DNA of 64,000 bases from Waterburya sp. (GTDB lineage: Bacteria > Cyanobacteriota > Cyanobacteriia > Cyanobacteriales > Xenococcaceae). The position numbers were made by a program, and so were the translations under genes. Of the stretch, positions 31,639 through 43,100 are shown piece by piece. How positions within the stretch are numbered: position 1 is the first letter of the stretch; every line of letters begins with the position of its first letter. The DNA lies in contig CBDCJV010000002.1 in assembly GCA_965217895.1 (NCBI GenBank), positions 2,016,001 through 2,080,000 on the forward strand, given 5' to 3'. The notes beneath the pieces are model-generated. The model had not been told where the DNA came from, did no database searches, and was given only the letters and a program-made list of their open reading frames with translations.

Positions 31639-31816
31639 AAATTAACTTTTAATTTAGTTTTATGTTTAAACTACACAACCATAATCTAATTTTATAAGAC
31701 GATCGCTCGAACAGAAGTAACTATAGCAATCCGACTGGGGCTATTTAATTCTAAATTATCATGCACTTAGCAAATAACCGTGAAATAACTCAACAGCGAA
31801 ATTGTTAGCGTTTATT

Positions 31817-32671
31817 TTACAGTCCCCAAAACTCAATTCTTTTTTCTAACCAGCCTGATTTCTGCCAACGAGCGATCGCCCGATCAACTTTATAATACAG
31901 TTCTTTATATTGCAATCCCTTGGGCATGACAATTGCTAATGCGTCCCCCGAAAGCCTTTCTGGAAGAAGTTTATAAGCAGGGTATTCCTGTGTCCAACCT
32001 GTAAGCACAGAGCGATCGCCCGCAAAGGCATCAGCTTGTTTGGTTTCAATTAGCCGTAATGCTTTTTGATAAGACTCTACACCAATTAAAGTGGCATTAG
32101 GTAGTTTATTTCTGACTACGGCAATAGTTGCCGAATTTTCTAGTACAGCTATCCTGCTATTATTCAAACCATTAATATTTTTAATTTCAGTGTTTTTGGT
32201 AATGAGACCTGTGCCATCGAGATAATAATAAGGGCTAAAATCGACTATTCTACTACGGGAAGAAGTAACGGCGACTCTAGCGATCGCCATATCTACTCGA
32301 TTGTTGAGAACTACTTGCAAACGTTCTTTATTAGTTACAGGTAAAAACTCTATCGCTTCAGCGTCACCGAGTAATTCTTCGGCTAATTTATGAGCAATAT
32401 CAATTTCTAGCCCAACTAAATTCCCCTTTTTATTGATAAAGCCCAAAGGACGCAAATTATCTTTGACAGCGATTTTCAATTCTCCTCTTGAGGCAATTTC
32501 TGACCATTCCTCTGCAAGTATTAGTTGCGGGTTAGTTGTTAGAAAAGCGATCGCCAAGCTAGTCGAAGATATTGCCGTAACCAGACTTAAAAGCCGTTGT
32601 TTCATTCTGCTATTGCATTTGTTTGCTGAAGCAAATCTAACACTCGATGGTAATTTTGTTGAACAACTCAA
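31817..32671 (-). CDS. Polar amino acid ABC transporter substrate-binding protein (start probably MKQRLL)
   Basis: AVKDNLRPLGF, GLEIDIA and RIVDFSPYY SBP family-3 motifs. Confidence 0.88.
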   Translation of the reverse strand: MSCSTKLPSSVRFASANKCNSRMKQRLLSLVTAISSTSLAIAFLTTNPQLILAEEWSEIASRGELKIAVKDNLRPLGFINKKGNLVGLEIDIAHKLAEELLGDAEAIEFLPVTNKERLQVVLNNRVDMAIARVAVTSSRSRIVDFSPYYYLDGTGLITKNTEIKNINGLNNSRIAVLENSATIAVVRNKLPNATLIGVESYQKALRLIETKQADAFAGDRSVLTGWTQEYPAYKLLPERLSGDALAIVMPKGLQYKELYYKVDRAIARWQKSGWLEKRIEFWGL

Positions 32672-32958
32672 GTTTCAATTTCTCAATCCAGTAAAATTAA
32701 AAACTATTAGAAGGAATGATGAAAGTTTTTTGTACGTCAAATAATAAGCTAATTAGGAGGCTTGACTACTTCTCCTTTTATCCCTTTTATATTTTTAATA
32801 TCTTTGACGATTTCTAATGTTGAACGCCAACCTACTGGTAACAGCAGCCAATTGGACAGACAAATAAAAATAGAAAATTGAGATAGGATTTTTAAAGATG
32901 CGATCGCTAACCTAACTTGAAAAGTATTTAATGTGAATTCCTACATTTACTAATGTTT

Positions 32959-34002
32959 TTAATTTTTAAATAGGAATTTTAGGTGATTTTGTTCTTGCTC
33001 AGAAAAAATAGATGCCAAACGACGCGGAATACTCTCAGAAATTTTCGAGATCATAAATGTCCAAAATTCCCAGTCAAAATCGATTGTCGCTAAACAGTTT
33101 CTTAAGTCACCTTTTTTTAGAGGTTCAACAAAACGATAGTATTTCAACCATCGGCGCGTTTGTCGGTCTTTTTCTTGAATGGCAGCTAAAACATCGGGAT
33201 TATTTTGCAGATAATCTTGATAAAGAAAGAAGTTGGCGATCGCTCTACATTCATCTTCTAAACGTCGTATTTTATCAGTGTAGATACCAGAATTTTGCCG
33301 AGAACGATAATAATAGTAAGGCTCAGGAACTAAACAATATTTAGCTCCATGGGCAAAACATTCCATATCAAACCAAAAATCTTGAGTAACTTTGAGGGTT
33401 TCATCATATTGAATGTGATGATTTACCAGAAAATCCCTGTTAAATAGAGGTTTAGTAAATCCAAGATGTAAACCTTCTTTGCCTGGAATGTCAGAGTTAA
33501 CAAAATTAGCTGCGTCTATTTTCTGAATTGAATTTATTGACTCTTGATGTTTACCGATCAAAGTCCCCCAGGGAACAGTTGTCCCATCATCAATCAAATA
33601 TAGATCATCAGCAACTAAATCAGCATTTTCCTCGGTTGCTACTTTGACTAATCTTTCTAGTCTATTAGGATCATACCAATCATCAGCATCTAGAACAGCT
33701 ATCCACTTACCCTGAGCTTCTCTTAAAGCTCGGTTGCGCGTTCCTCCAACACCGAGATTTTGCTGATTAATAAACAATTTCAAACGAGCGTCGTCAATTT
33801 GCCGAATAGTTTCTAGACTATTATCCTGAGAAACATCATCGACGACAATAACCTCAATTTCTTGTAGGGTTTGATCGAGAGCAGATTTAATTGCTTTATA
33901 TATGTACTTAGCTGTATTATAGGAGGGGATAATGACCGAAACAATTACCGACTGATCTTGAAAAACATCTGATTCTTGAAAATTTTCCTGACAAGCAGAC
34001 AT
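32959..34002 (-). CDS. Glycosyltransferase family 2 (ExoO/ExoU-like)
   Basis: SVIIPSYN, VVDDVSQD and AVLDADD motifs. Confidence 0.9.
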   Translation of the reverse strand: MSACQENFQESDVFQDQSVIVSVIIPSYNTAKYIYKAIKSALDQTLQEIEVIVVDDVSQDNSLETIRQIDDARLKLFINQQNLGVGGTRNRALREAQGKWIAVLDADDWYDPNRLERLVKVATEENADLVADDLYLIDDGTTVPWGTLIGKHQESINSIQKIDAANFVNSDIPGKEGLHLGFTKPLFNRDFLVNHHIQYDETLKVTQDFWFDMECFAHGAKYCLVPEPYYYYRSRQNSGIYTDKIRRLEDECRAIANFFLYQDYLQNNPDVLAAIQEKDRQTRRWLKYYRFVEPLKKGDLRNCLATIDFDWEFWTFMISKISESIPRRLASIFSEQEQNHLKFLFKN

Positions 34003-34263
34003 AGCACTCTACGTTTTTGCTAAATTACTAATTTATTTTTATTAGATTCCATTTTTGTTGTTGCTAGAGTCTATAAACATCACTCTGGCAATTCTCACAA
34101 ATTAACTCTTGTTGATTATGAGATCTTTGCAGAGGTTTGTATCGGCTGATGCTATCTCTCCAGTGATTACAGAACTTATTTTGAGTTAAATTGAGATATT
34201 GTAAGTATAATACTTTTTGTTTTTATAATACCAATTTGAATGATCAATAGTGCTAGTAATTTT

Positions 34264-34944
34264 TTAATTTAGTTTATGTTTATATTCAATGCGAAAGCGT
34301 CTGACTGGTTTAGATCCCTGGTCTAGATAATCTTCAAATCTAATTTGTTCCAAGCCGAGTTGTTCACAATAAGCCAATTCTTCTTTCGTAAGCGGAAAAG
34401 GTAAGCTTGTAGCTGGCTCATTTATATCTCTTCCACGGCAGATGATTAACAACCTTCCTTGAGGAGCAAGAAGTTTGCTAATCGACTCAATTCCTTGAGG
34501 TCTAACGTTAGCAGGTAAAGCTTGAAGGGTATAAGACTCTAAAATAAAATCAAAGTCGCGATTGTTAATTACGGTAGGATTTAACAGATCATCGATGACG
34601 TAGTTAACCTGTGAATCGGGAAAACGCTTTTGACACCAGGCGATCGCAGTTGATGAAATATCAAATCCTACAACTTTAAAACCCGTATTTGCCAAAGCTT
34701 CTGCATCATCTCCTAAACCACAGCCAACCACTAAGGCAGTTTTTCCTTGTCCTGTAATTTTTTGTTTTTTGAGCCAACTGGCTAAGTTAGGGTTAACAGT
34801 CAAATTTGCCCAAGGAATAGCTGATTCATTTCCTTGAGCGGTATTATATAGCTCTTCAAACCATCCTGTTGGATCGTTACGAGCATAAGACTGTTGCGCA
34901 AGCTTTTCAACTTTACTTATATTTGCTTCTGTCATCATCCTCAC
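34264..34944 (-). CDS. Class I SAM-dependent methyltransferase (TPMT-like)
   Basis: WFEELY...IPW, VVGCGLGDDAE and GFDIS motifs. Confidence 0.85.
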   Translation of the reverse strand: MRMMTEANISKVEKLAQQSYARNDPTGWFEELYNTAQGNESAIPWANLTVNPNLASWLKKQKITGQGKTALVVGCGLGDDAEALANTGFKVVGFDISSTAIAWCQKRFPDSQVNYVIDDLLNPTVINNRDFDFILESYTLQALPANVRPQGIESISKLLAPQGRLLIICRGRDINEPATSLPFPLTKEELAYCEQLGLEQIRFEDYLDQGSKPVRRFRIEYKHKLN

Positions 34945-34966
34945 AATGCTTTAATTGTTCATTGAT

Positions 34967-35773
34967 TTAAGTTTCCGAATCTGAGGTAGGAGGTTGGGCA
35001 AATGAGGGCGACAGAAAGGCGACAACTGCCCCTAAAGCAAAACCAATTATGTTGCGGAACAATGGTAGAAATTCGGGTGTACGAGTCACAACAGGACCCA
35101 TGCCAAAGGCAATAAAAAGAATTCCCCACAGAGGCGACATAATCAGACCCCACTGCCAAGCAATAAACTGTTTTTCTGTGCGAGGTATGACAGCAACCCC
35201 CAAAATTACTCCTCCAACAATCGAGCTAATCAAGGTCAAGATCCATAGCTCTTGAGATAGTCCAGGTACACTATTACAGCCTTGGTTAATTAAACAACCT
35301 TTTACTGATTCCAATGCCTCAACTATGGCGTTGTTTTCCCCGTGTTCGCGGATATAGTACATATTGCCAAAGCGAGTTTGCAGTTCTATCCAGAAGTTAC
35401 GGGGTAATAATTCATAAACATCATCACCAATACTAAAAGCTAACAGGTTTCCACCTCTGCCGTCTGCTACCAGTAAAATGCTTTTATCATCTAGACCCCA
35501 GAATTTCTTAACCGCACGACCAGGAGAGCGATCGTATTGAGTCAAGACTCTCATCTTCCAGCCCGTCTCTGCTTCAAAATTCTCTAGGTTTTTAATCAAA
35601 GATTCTTCTTGCAGCGTAGGTAAGAAGTTGGCTAAATCAACCACAGGGGTTTCTATATCGGGTAGTAATTCTGGATTATTAACCGCCAAGGCAGCAGGAG
35701 TAAAGCAAGTAGTTAAAATCAATAAGCAAGCCCCAACGGTAATTAGGAAACGCTGTATAAATTTATTTACCAT
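34967..35773 (-). CDS. TPM-domain thylakoid/membrane protein
   Basis: Signal peptide, PVVDLAN, FWIELQTRFGN and three C-terminal TMs. Confidence 0.8.
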   Translation of the reverse strand: MVNKFIQRFLITVGACLLILTTCFTPAALAVNNPELLPDIETPVVDLANFLPTLQEESLIKNLENFEAETGWKMRVLTQYDRSPGRAVKKFWGLDDKSILLVADGRGGNLLAFSIGDDVYELLPRNFWIELQTRFGNMYYIREHGENNAIVEALESVKGCLINQGCNSVPGLSQELWILTLISSIVGGVILGVAVIPRTEKQFIAWQWGLIMSPLWGILFIAFGMGPVVTRTPEFLPLFRNIIGFALGAVVAFLSPSFAQPPTSDSET

Positions 35774-35938
35774 AGTCTTTATAGTCTTTTTATTTAAAAA
35801 TTTTTATGTACACAACTTTGATTTTATTAAAATCGTGCTTATTTTTGTTACATTTATTTACTTTAACTTAAGATTATCAGTAATTAGTAGCACTGAAAAC
35901 TTTCTCTTCTAGAAAAACAGCAAATATTATTCTGGCAT

Positions 35939-36367
35939 TTAAGATTTAGGTTCTTTATATTGTTTGGAGCTGTTAGCAGAATTTGGCAGAATATTGTTAC
36001 GATTGGGATTTTGCCATACTTTCCAGGCAGTTTTGACCCCTGCTACCAGACCGCGACTATTTTTCTGAACCTGCTGCACCTGTTGCTTGGCTTTAACTAA
36101 ACCTTGGTCTACTTGTTTGACTACTCCTGTGGCACTATTAACTCCCTGATTTATTTCGTCAGTTAATTCTCCTACTTCTCTTCCTGTCAAGCGGATAGCT
36201 TCAAGAGTTGGCGGAAATTCACGATTGAGAGTATCAAACAATTTTTCGGCAGTGCGAGCAGCTTTTGCTACTTCTTGCAGAGTCGGAATGGTCACAAGCA
36301 AGACGGCAAACAAACTAAAAGAGACTAAAAATAGAGATAGTCCTAGCCAAAATAACGGGTCTATCAT
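35939..36367 (-). CDS. DUF948-like membrane-anchored coiled-coil protein
   Basis: N-terminal TM; AEKLFDTLNREFPPTLEAIRLTG; adjacent to a YtxH gene. Confidence 0.7.
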   Translation of the reverse strand: MIDPLFWLGLSLFLVSFSLFAVLLVTIPTLQEVAKAARTAEKLFDTLNREFPPTLEAIRLTGREVGELTDEINQGVNSATGVVKQVDQGLVKAKQQVQQVQKNSRGLVAGVKTAWKVWQNPNRNNILPNSANSSKQYKEPKS

Positions 36368-36401
36368 AAAAAAATAAGCGTTTTTTTCGCACCTTCTAAT
36401 T

Positions 36402-36746
36402 TTAGAAGCGATCGGTAATAGACGAATTTAAATCTTTTTGAGGATTTGATTGAGCAGCACGATTAGTTTCTCGACTAGTTTCAATACCAGCAGCGATCGC
36501 TTTACGCAATCTACTCAGTGTACCTTCCCAATTTTCTAAAGTAGATGCAGACAAACGATCTGCCTGCATCTGAAGACTAGTGGCTAAATCTTCAGTTATC
36601 TCTGGCAGTGCATCAGCAGACTTTTTGATTACTTTTCGAGTATCTTTTCCTGTGCGAGGAGCAATTAACAATCCCAATGCTGTCCCTACTGCGCTACCAA
36701 TAATTAGTCCACCAATAAATACTCCTGTTGATTTTGGTTTAGACAT
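36402..36746 (-). CDS. YtxH-domain protein
   Basis: FIGGLIIGSAVGTALGLLIAPRTGKDTR motif. Confidence 0.85.
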   Translation of the reverse strand: MSKPKSTGVFIGGLIIGSAVGTALGLLIAPRTGKDTRKVIKKSADALPEITEDLATSLQMQADRLSASTLENWEGTLSRLRKAIAAGIETSRETNRAAQSNPQKDLNSSITDRF

Positions 36747-37038
36747 AGCTCTATCTACTCTTCTCTATTTTGTTTAGTTTAAGCTTATCAACAGAACAGT
36801 TTTTTGAAGCATGATGAAGGAGTAAGAAAGATTGCTATTATCTAATCGCTCATCTAAAAACTATTGATAAACAAAGCTTATATATGTGATGATTAATAAC
36901 AATGTAATATTCCTTGATATTTCTTAAACATTTAGCTACTATGTTTATATAGGCAAAAAAGCAAATTATTAATTTATCTAGCTTTCAGTCTCGTTCTTAA
37001 CAGAACCTTGAAAAACAAATAAAGCAATTATCTAACAC

Positions 37039-38121
37039 ATGACAACTACCTTACAACAACGCGAAACACGCGGAGCTTGGGAGAACTTCTGTCAGTGGAT
37101 CACCAGCACCAACAACCGCATCTATGTCGGTTGGTTTGGAGTCCTAATGATCCCGACACTCCTAGCAGCAACAACCTGTTTCCTAATCGCCTTCGTCGCA
37201 GCACCCCCTGTAGACATCGACGGCATCCGTGAACCTGTAGCAGGTTCGCTACTATACGGAAACAACATCATCTCAGGTGCAGTAGTACCTAGCTCCAATG
37301 CAATTGGTCTTCACTTCTACCCAATTTGGGAAGCAGCATCACTTGACGAATGGTTATATAACGGTGGACCATACCAACTGATAATCTTTCACTTCCTGAT
37401 CGGCGTATTCTCATACCTGGGTCGTCAGTGGGAACTATCATTCAGATTAGGAATGCGTCCTTGGATATGTGTAGCCTACTCAGCACCAGTATCAGCAGCC
37501 ACAGCAGTATTTCTAATCTATCCCCTAGGACAAGGTTCATTCTCTGATGGTATGCCGCTGGGTATCTCTGGAACATTCAACTTCATGTTAGTCTTCCAAG
37601 CAGAACACAACATCCTGATGCACCCGTTCCACATGTTAGGAGTAGCAGGAGTATTCGGTGGAGCATTATTCTCTGCCATGCACGGTTCGTTGGTAACATC
37701 ATCCTTGGTACGTGAAACAACCGAAAGCGAATCACAAAACTACGGCTACAAATTCGGACAAGAAGAAGAAACATACAACATCGTCGCAGCCCACGGCTAC
37801 TTCGGTCGTCTAATCTTCCAGTACGCAAGTTTCAACAACTCACGTGCCTTGCACTTCTTCTTAGGAGCATGGCCAGTAATCGGCATCTGGTTCACAGCAA
37901 TGGGAATATCCACCATGGCGTTCAACCTGAATGGATTTAACTTCAACCAGTCGGTAATGGATTCACAAGGTCGTGTAGTCAACACATGGGCAGACATCTT
38001 GAACCGAGCCAACCTAGGTTTTGAGGTCATGCACGAACGTAACGCTCACAACTTCCCGCTTGACTTAGCCAGTGGCGATATTGCTCCTGTAGCACTAACT
38101 GCTCCTGCTATCAACGGTTAA
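37039..38121 (+). CDS. psbA: Photosystem II D1 protein (standard form, Gln130)
   Basis: Canonical 360-aa D1; Mn-cluster ligands (SDGMP D170, QAEH E189, [13 protein letters not shown]) intact. Confidence 0.99.
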   Translation: MTTTLQQRETRGAWENFCQWITSTNNRIYVGWFGVLMIPTLLAATTCFLIAFVAAPPVDIDGIREPVAGSLLYGNNIISGAVVPSSNAIGLHFYPIWEAASLDEWLYNGGPYQLIIFHFLIGVFSYLGRQWELSFRLGMRPWICVAYSAPVSAATAVFLIYPLGQGSFSDGMPLGISGTFNFMLVFQAEHNILMHPFHMLGVAGVFGGALFSAMHGSLVTSSLVRETTESESQNYGYKFGQEEETYNIVAAHGYFGRLIFQYASFNNSRALHFFLGAWPVIGIWFTAMGISTMAFNLNGFNFNQSVMDSQGRVVNTWADILNRANLGFEVMHERNAHNFPLDLASGDIAPVALTAPAING

Positions 38122-38170
38122 ATTGACCCTGATTACAGTTCTGTAATTGATTAATTGAAAAACAGTTTAA

Positions 38171-38206
38171 AAAGCGCTCTCCAGCGATGGAGAGCGCTTT
38201 TTTTTT
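38171..38206 (+). terminator. Rho-independent terminator of psbA
   Basis: 13-bp perfect stem AAAGCGCTCTCCA-GCGA-TGGAGAGCGCTTT followed by a T run. Confidence 0.92.
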
Positions 38207-38260
38207 GGCTAAACTCTCGAAAAGGCGATCGCTAAAATTAGATTGGTTACCACTGCACGC

Positions 38261-38545
38261 TCATATTAGAAAAGATCCCGATGCGTCGATTGCACATGGT
38301 CGGGAAACCCGACTGTGCCTCGACCTCATATTGCGTCTTGGTTTGGCAAAAAACTGAATACCAAACCAAAATTCTTCAAGTAGTTTTTTGGCAAGAGGTT
38401 GAGATACATATCCACGGTCGGGATAGAAATGTTTGAAATTGCGAGTCAGCGCGTTGCGGGTCTGTGACCCGTTGTAGCGACTAACGAGGGTACGATAATG
38501 ATAAGAGTGAAATGCAACTAAAATTGTCATGATTTCGCGATTGCC
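38261..38545 (-). pseudogene. IS982-family transposase remnant, internally deleted, with hairpin-repeat insertions
   Basis: EIMTILVAFH..YR/NFKHFY (N-term) joined to DRGYVSQPLAKKLLEEF..GIQFFAKPRRNM (C-term). Confidence 0.75.
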
Positions 38546-38610
38546 TTTTCATTAGCAACCTCGCCAAACTATTCAGCCCTATAATAAATCCATAATTAAC
38601 AACTAAAACA

Positions 38611-39183
38611 ATGCAAGTTCCTACCAAAGCCTATTATTCTCCAGAAGAATATTTAGAACTAGAAACTGCTGCCGAATACAGAAGCGAATATCTTAATGGT
38701 CAAATTATACCAATGGCAGGCGGAAAACCCAATCACAATCAACTGATAATCAATTTGACTAGTGCAATTAACTACAAAATACGCAAGAAATTATATCGAG
38801 TTTTCATGAGCGATCTGCGTTTATCAATTCCTAATTGTCGCCTATATACTTACCCCGACGTGATGGTAGCTGAGACTCCCTTGATATTTGCTGAAAATAG
38901 AGAGGATACTATTACAAATCCGATTTTAATTGCCGAAATTCTATCAGATTCTACGGAAAAATACGATAGAGGCGATAAATTCAGAATGTATCGCACCATT
39001 CCCAGTTTTAGAGAATATCTTCTGATCAGTCAGATAGCAATGCAGGTGGAGAAATTTGCTAAAAATGAGGTTAATCAATGGGTACTGTCGGAATATGCAG
39101 AAAAAGATGCCAAAATAAGCTTTGAATCCTTTGACTTTGAGATTAGCTTAGATGAACTCTACGATCGCGTTGATTTTGCTTAA
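38611..39183 (+). CDS. Uma2-family (DUF820) putative endonuclease
   Basis: SPEEYLELE, MAGG..NH, YPDVMV, EILSDST..YDRGDKF and EYLLISQ motifs. Confidence 0.92.
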   Translation: MQVPTKAYYSPEEYLELETAAEYRSEYLNGQIIPMAGGKPNHNQLIINLTSAINYKIRKKLYRVFMSDLRLSIPNCRLYTYPDVMVAETPLIFAENREDTITNPILIAEILSDSTEKYDRGDKFRMYRTIPSFREYLLISQIAMQVEKFAKNEVNQWVLSEYAEKDAKISFESFDFEISLDELYDRVDFA

Positions 39184-39298
39184 AAGACTCATAATAGAAG
39201 ATAAAATATTGAACATTAGTTAAAAATATAATGCGATCGCGCTTTTAACAAACTGAGTATTATTGAGGTTATATGCTGCATCTAATCTAGAAAAAATC

Positions 39299-39442
39299 AT
39301 AGCTAAATTTAGCAGAACCTGGTGGGGTCAAGTTTTTATTGAAGCGTTAGAGTCTTTTACTGATGCTGGTAGATTGGAACGGGGACGTTCCTACGCCAAC
39401 GGCAACAAAGTAAAAAGCTTTGACATTAATGGAAGAACTATA
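39299..39442 (+). pseudogene. 5' fragment of a SWIM zinc-finger family gene (start codon decayed to ATA)
   Basis: AKFSRTWWGQVFIEALESFTDAGRLERGRSYA matches the typical N-terminus of this family. Confidence 0.7.
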
Positions 39443-39567
39443 CCTCTAGAAGGGAAATCTTGAATAGTTATCCAAGGCTTGTAGTCTTTTCCTCTACCTT
39501 TACCTCTTTCTTCTTTTATATATGGCTCAAACTTAGCTTGAGTCCAATCGTATATGCTTCTTACCAT
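39442..39567 (-). pseudogene. tnsA: 5' fragment of Tn7-like TnsA
   Basis: MVRSIYDWTQAKFEPYIKEERGKGRGKDYKPWITIQDFPSRG matches the TnsA N-terminal RG.G.G.DY.PW....D.PS.G motif. Confidence 0.82.
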
Positions 39568-39599
39568 AAAAAAACTGTACAATACAGGATTACTATTAG

Positions 39600-39775
39600 T
39601 GTACAGCTTTAGTTACCAACTTTATGGTTATTCTACAAAAATGTAAAATCATAATTCGGTTGAACAATTTTAATTTACATAAAGCTATTAAAATCGTTAG
39701 CTTAATAATAATTTGAGCGAACAATTTACTTTTTAAGAATTAAACCATGTTAATTGTGACCTCAAAGCTGTAATA
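39600..39775. mobile_element. Candidate abutting Tn7-like right end (to 39637) and left end (from 39642)
   Basis: ATTCTACA-AAAA-TGTAAAAT; CATAAAG/AAAGCTGTA motifs read inward on both sides. Confidence 0.45.
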
Positions 39776-40175
39776 ACACGAGGGGACAATTTTTATGACG
39801 CTTGCTACGAAAGACTTTTGCATATCAAGTGCGGATGATTCGTTTTTTGCTTCAGTATACTATTTTCAAAAAAAGTATGGCGATTGCCTGTTTTTCGTTT
39901 CACCAAAACTGTGCAAGACCCTAATTAATTCATCACCATACCAGCTATATTTTTGGGGACTCCATTCTTCTTCAAGTCGTTTGGACAAGCTGCTTGAGAA
40001 GCAGCGTCCCCCGACTTCTATCTCTGCGTTGAAATCTGGTTTGAAATTAATCTAAGTAGACAAAAGAGCGTGTTGATCTGCTCGGTTTTTGTCCTGTACT
40101 TAGAACTAATTCAACTTTTTGCCACACTGCCGTACTCATCGTTATGGTAGATTTACTTAAAAAATAAATATAAAA

Positions 40176-43100
40176 ATGCCTAATATAAATCGTCAATCTA
40201 AAACTAAAGCCACTCTTTCAGCGATCGCGGTTGTGGGGATGAGTTGTCAATATCCAGGGGCCAAAGACATTAGGCAACTTTGGTCGAATATCTTGGCAAA
40301 ACGACAGCAATTTCGACAAATTCCCGATGTACGCCTACCAATAGCTGAATATTACGATCGCGATCGCTCTGTCCCCGATAAGACTTATGGCGATCGCGCT
40401 GCGGTAATTGATGGTTTTGAGTTTGATTGGATTGGGCGACGCATTCCTCAGCAAACAGTACAGACTACAGATATCGTACATTGGCTGGCGTTGGAAACTG
40501 CCAATGAAGCTTTAAAAGATGCAGGCTTTAATCGCCAAAATGTGAATACAGCCAAAACGGGGGTAATTTTAGGCAACACCTTAACTGGAGAGCAAACTCG
40601 TGCCAGTACCTTACGTTTGCGCTGGCCTTACGTCAGACGAGCTTTAATCGCATCTGCCCAAGCTAGAAAAATGAGCGATCGAGTAATTGAAGCTTTGGTT
40701 GAAACAATGGAGCAGTTTTATAAATCTGTTTTTGCTCCCGTCAACGAAGATTCTTTGGCAGGAGGACTTTCTAACACTATTGCTGGTAGGATTTGCAACT
40801 TTTTCAATTTTGATGGTGGAGGATACACGGTTGATGGGGCTTGTGCTTCTTCCTTAATTGCTACAGCTACAGCTTGCAGCAAATTAGTTAGTGGCGATCT
40901 AGATTTGGCTTTGGCGGGAGGAGTAGACGTTAGTTTAGATACCTTTGAGCTAATTGGTTTTGCTAAAACTGGAGCTTTGACTGCGGGCGATATGGCAGTT
41001 TACGATCGCCGTGCTAGTGGTTTTATTCCAGGAGAAGGCTGTGGTTTTGTCGTTCTCAAACGATTAGCAGACGCAAGAGCAGCAGGAGATTATGTTTATG
41101 GCGTAATTCGAGGCTGGGGCATTTCTTCTGACGGTAAAGGCGGAATCACTGCACCTTCTGGGATAGGACAAAGCAAAGCTATACTCAGAGCCTATGAAAA
41201 AGCAGGTTATCATCCATCAGAATTAGATTTCATTGAAGGACATGGTACGGGAACTCCTGTAGGCGATCGCGTAGAATTAGAAGGGATTGCTTTAGCCATT
41301 TCTCAAGGAGAAGCCCAGATTAAACTCCGCTCGGTAGGCATTACTTCATTCAAATCTTTAGTCGGACATACCAAAGCAGCAGCAGGGGTTGGTGGTTTGA
41401 TTAAAGCTGTTATGGCAGTCAACCAGAGAATAATTCCTCCTACTGCTGGCTGTGCTGAAGCAAATCCTTTATTTGCCACTACTGCCCAATCTATTTATCC
41501 TGTTTTAACGGGAAAAGTTTGTCAGCCAAATACGACTCTTCGGGCTGGAGTTTCGGCAATGGGTTTTGGGGGAATTAATTCTCACCTTACTTTAGAGTCG
41601 GGCGATCATGCAGCCGAGCATTTGAAAACCGATTTGTTTCCTAAAGCTTTGCTAGTTTCGGCTCAAGACAGCGAAGTATTTATTTTAAGTGCCATTTCTG
41701 TTGAGAAATTATTAGAGCGCATTGAAAGACTAATCGATCTGGCAAGGGGAATTAGTCTGGCAGAGATGGTAGATTTAGCTGCCCTGCTAACAAGGCAAAT
41801 AGATTCCCAGCAACAGGTAAGAGCAGCAATAATTGTGACGACACCCAAGCAGTTAGCTGAAATTCTCCAGAAAATCAAACAGATTTTAGCAGATTCGCCA
41901 CCAGCGAAAGGAGAACTGACAACATCTCCCACTCAAGATTTTTGGCTGGCAAATACAGTTAACCATTCTAAAGTAGCCTTTATCTTTCCAGGACAAGGTT
42001 CGCAAAGATTGAACATGGCGAGTACTTTAGTGGAGCGTTATGACTGGGCGCAGCAGTTAGTTAGACAAGCAGACAAATGGTTAGAGGAAGTTAGTTGTCA
42101 GCCAGTTAGCCCTTTAATCTATTGTTGTTTAGAACAAGCAGCAGACGAAAGCGAAATAACTAATTGGTTTAGGGATCTATCTCGTGCTGAAATTGCTTCT
42201 CCTGCTATTTGCTTGGTTTCTTTATTGTGGCTGCGCTATCTCCAAGAACTAGGAATTGAACCCGTGGCAGTCGGTGGACATAGCTTAGGCGAATTGACGG
42301 CTTTTTATCAAATAGGAGCTTTTGACGCTAAGACTTTAATTCAGTTTGCAGCAATTAGAGGTCGAGCTTTAGCCAATTCTGGCAAAGAAACAGGAGCTAT
42401 GGCTAGTCTGGGTTGCGATCGCGCCTTTGCTGACCAAATCATTCAACAGGCATCGGGCTATGTGGTTATTGCTAATTTAAATAGTCCCAGCCAAACGGTT
42501 GTTTCAGGGGAATCTGAGAGTATTGACTCAGTTGTAAAAATAGCGGTTGCTCGAGGAATTCAAGTTAAAAAATTGCCTGTAGCTAATGCTTTTCATTCTG
42601 AGATAGTCAGAGAAGCAGCTAAATATATTACAAATAATGCTGCAGTTCCCGCCAAGCTAGTAGACACTGCGACTCCTTTATTTTCCAGTATCGATGGCAA
42701 ACAAATTCAACCAGAAGTTAAATTAAGCCACCATTTTGGCAAACAGATAGTTTCTGCGGTAGATTTTGTAGCTTTAACAACAAATATTTACCAGCATTGC
42801 GATTTAATACTAGAGGTTGGTTCTGGTCGAGTTTTAGCTAACCTAATTAATACAACTATCAACTCTAAACAGCCCGTTGGCTTTTGTACTGAAGGCAAAC
42901 CGACAACAAGTAAAAATCTTAACTGCTTTTTAGGCAGATTATTCGTTGCCAATCAAGAAATAAACTGGCAAGCACTATATAAAAATCGTTTAGTACATTC
43001 TTTTATTCCACCGTCGGAAAAATTATTTATTGATAATCCTTGCGAACGTCCTTTTAAAGTACCTGAAACTTATTTATCTCAATTAACACCAATTTTGACT

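Noticed and set aside
37039..38121. Atypical D1 (rogue, chlorophyll f synthase or microaerobic form)
   Set aside because: All Mn-cluster ligands are present and G80, F158 and T286 are standard
38122..38260. psbA 3' end as the Tn7 attachment site
   Set aside because: No transposon end recognisable here, and element orientation places the att gene on the right, outside the window
39795..40055. 86-aa plus-strand ORF upstream of the PKS as a precursor peptide or regulator
   Set aside because: No motif; the opposite strand reads like a degraded gene with stops, so it is probably a shadow ORF
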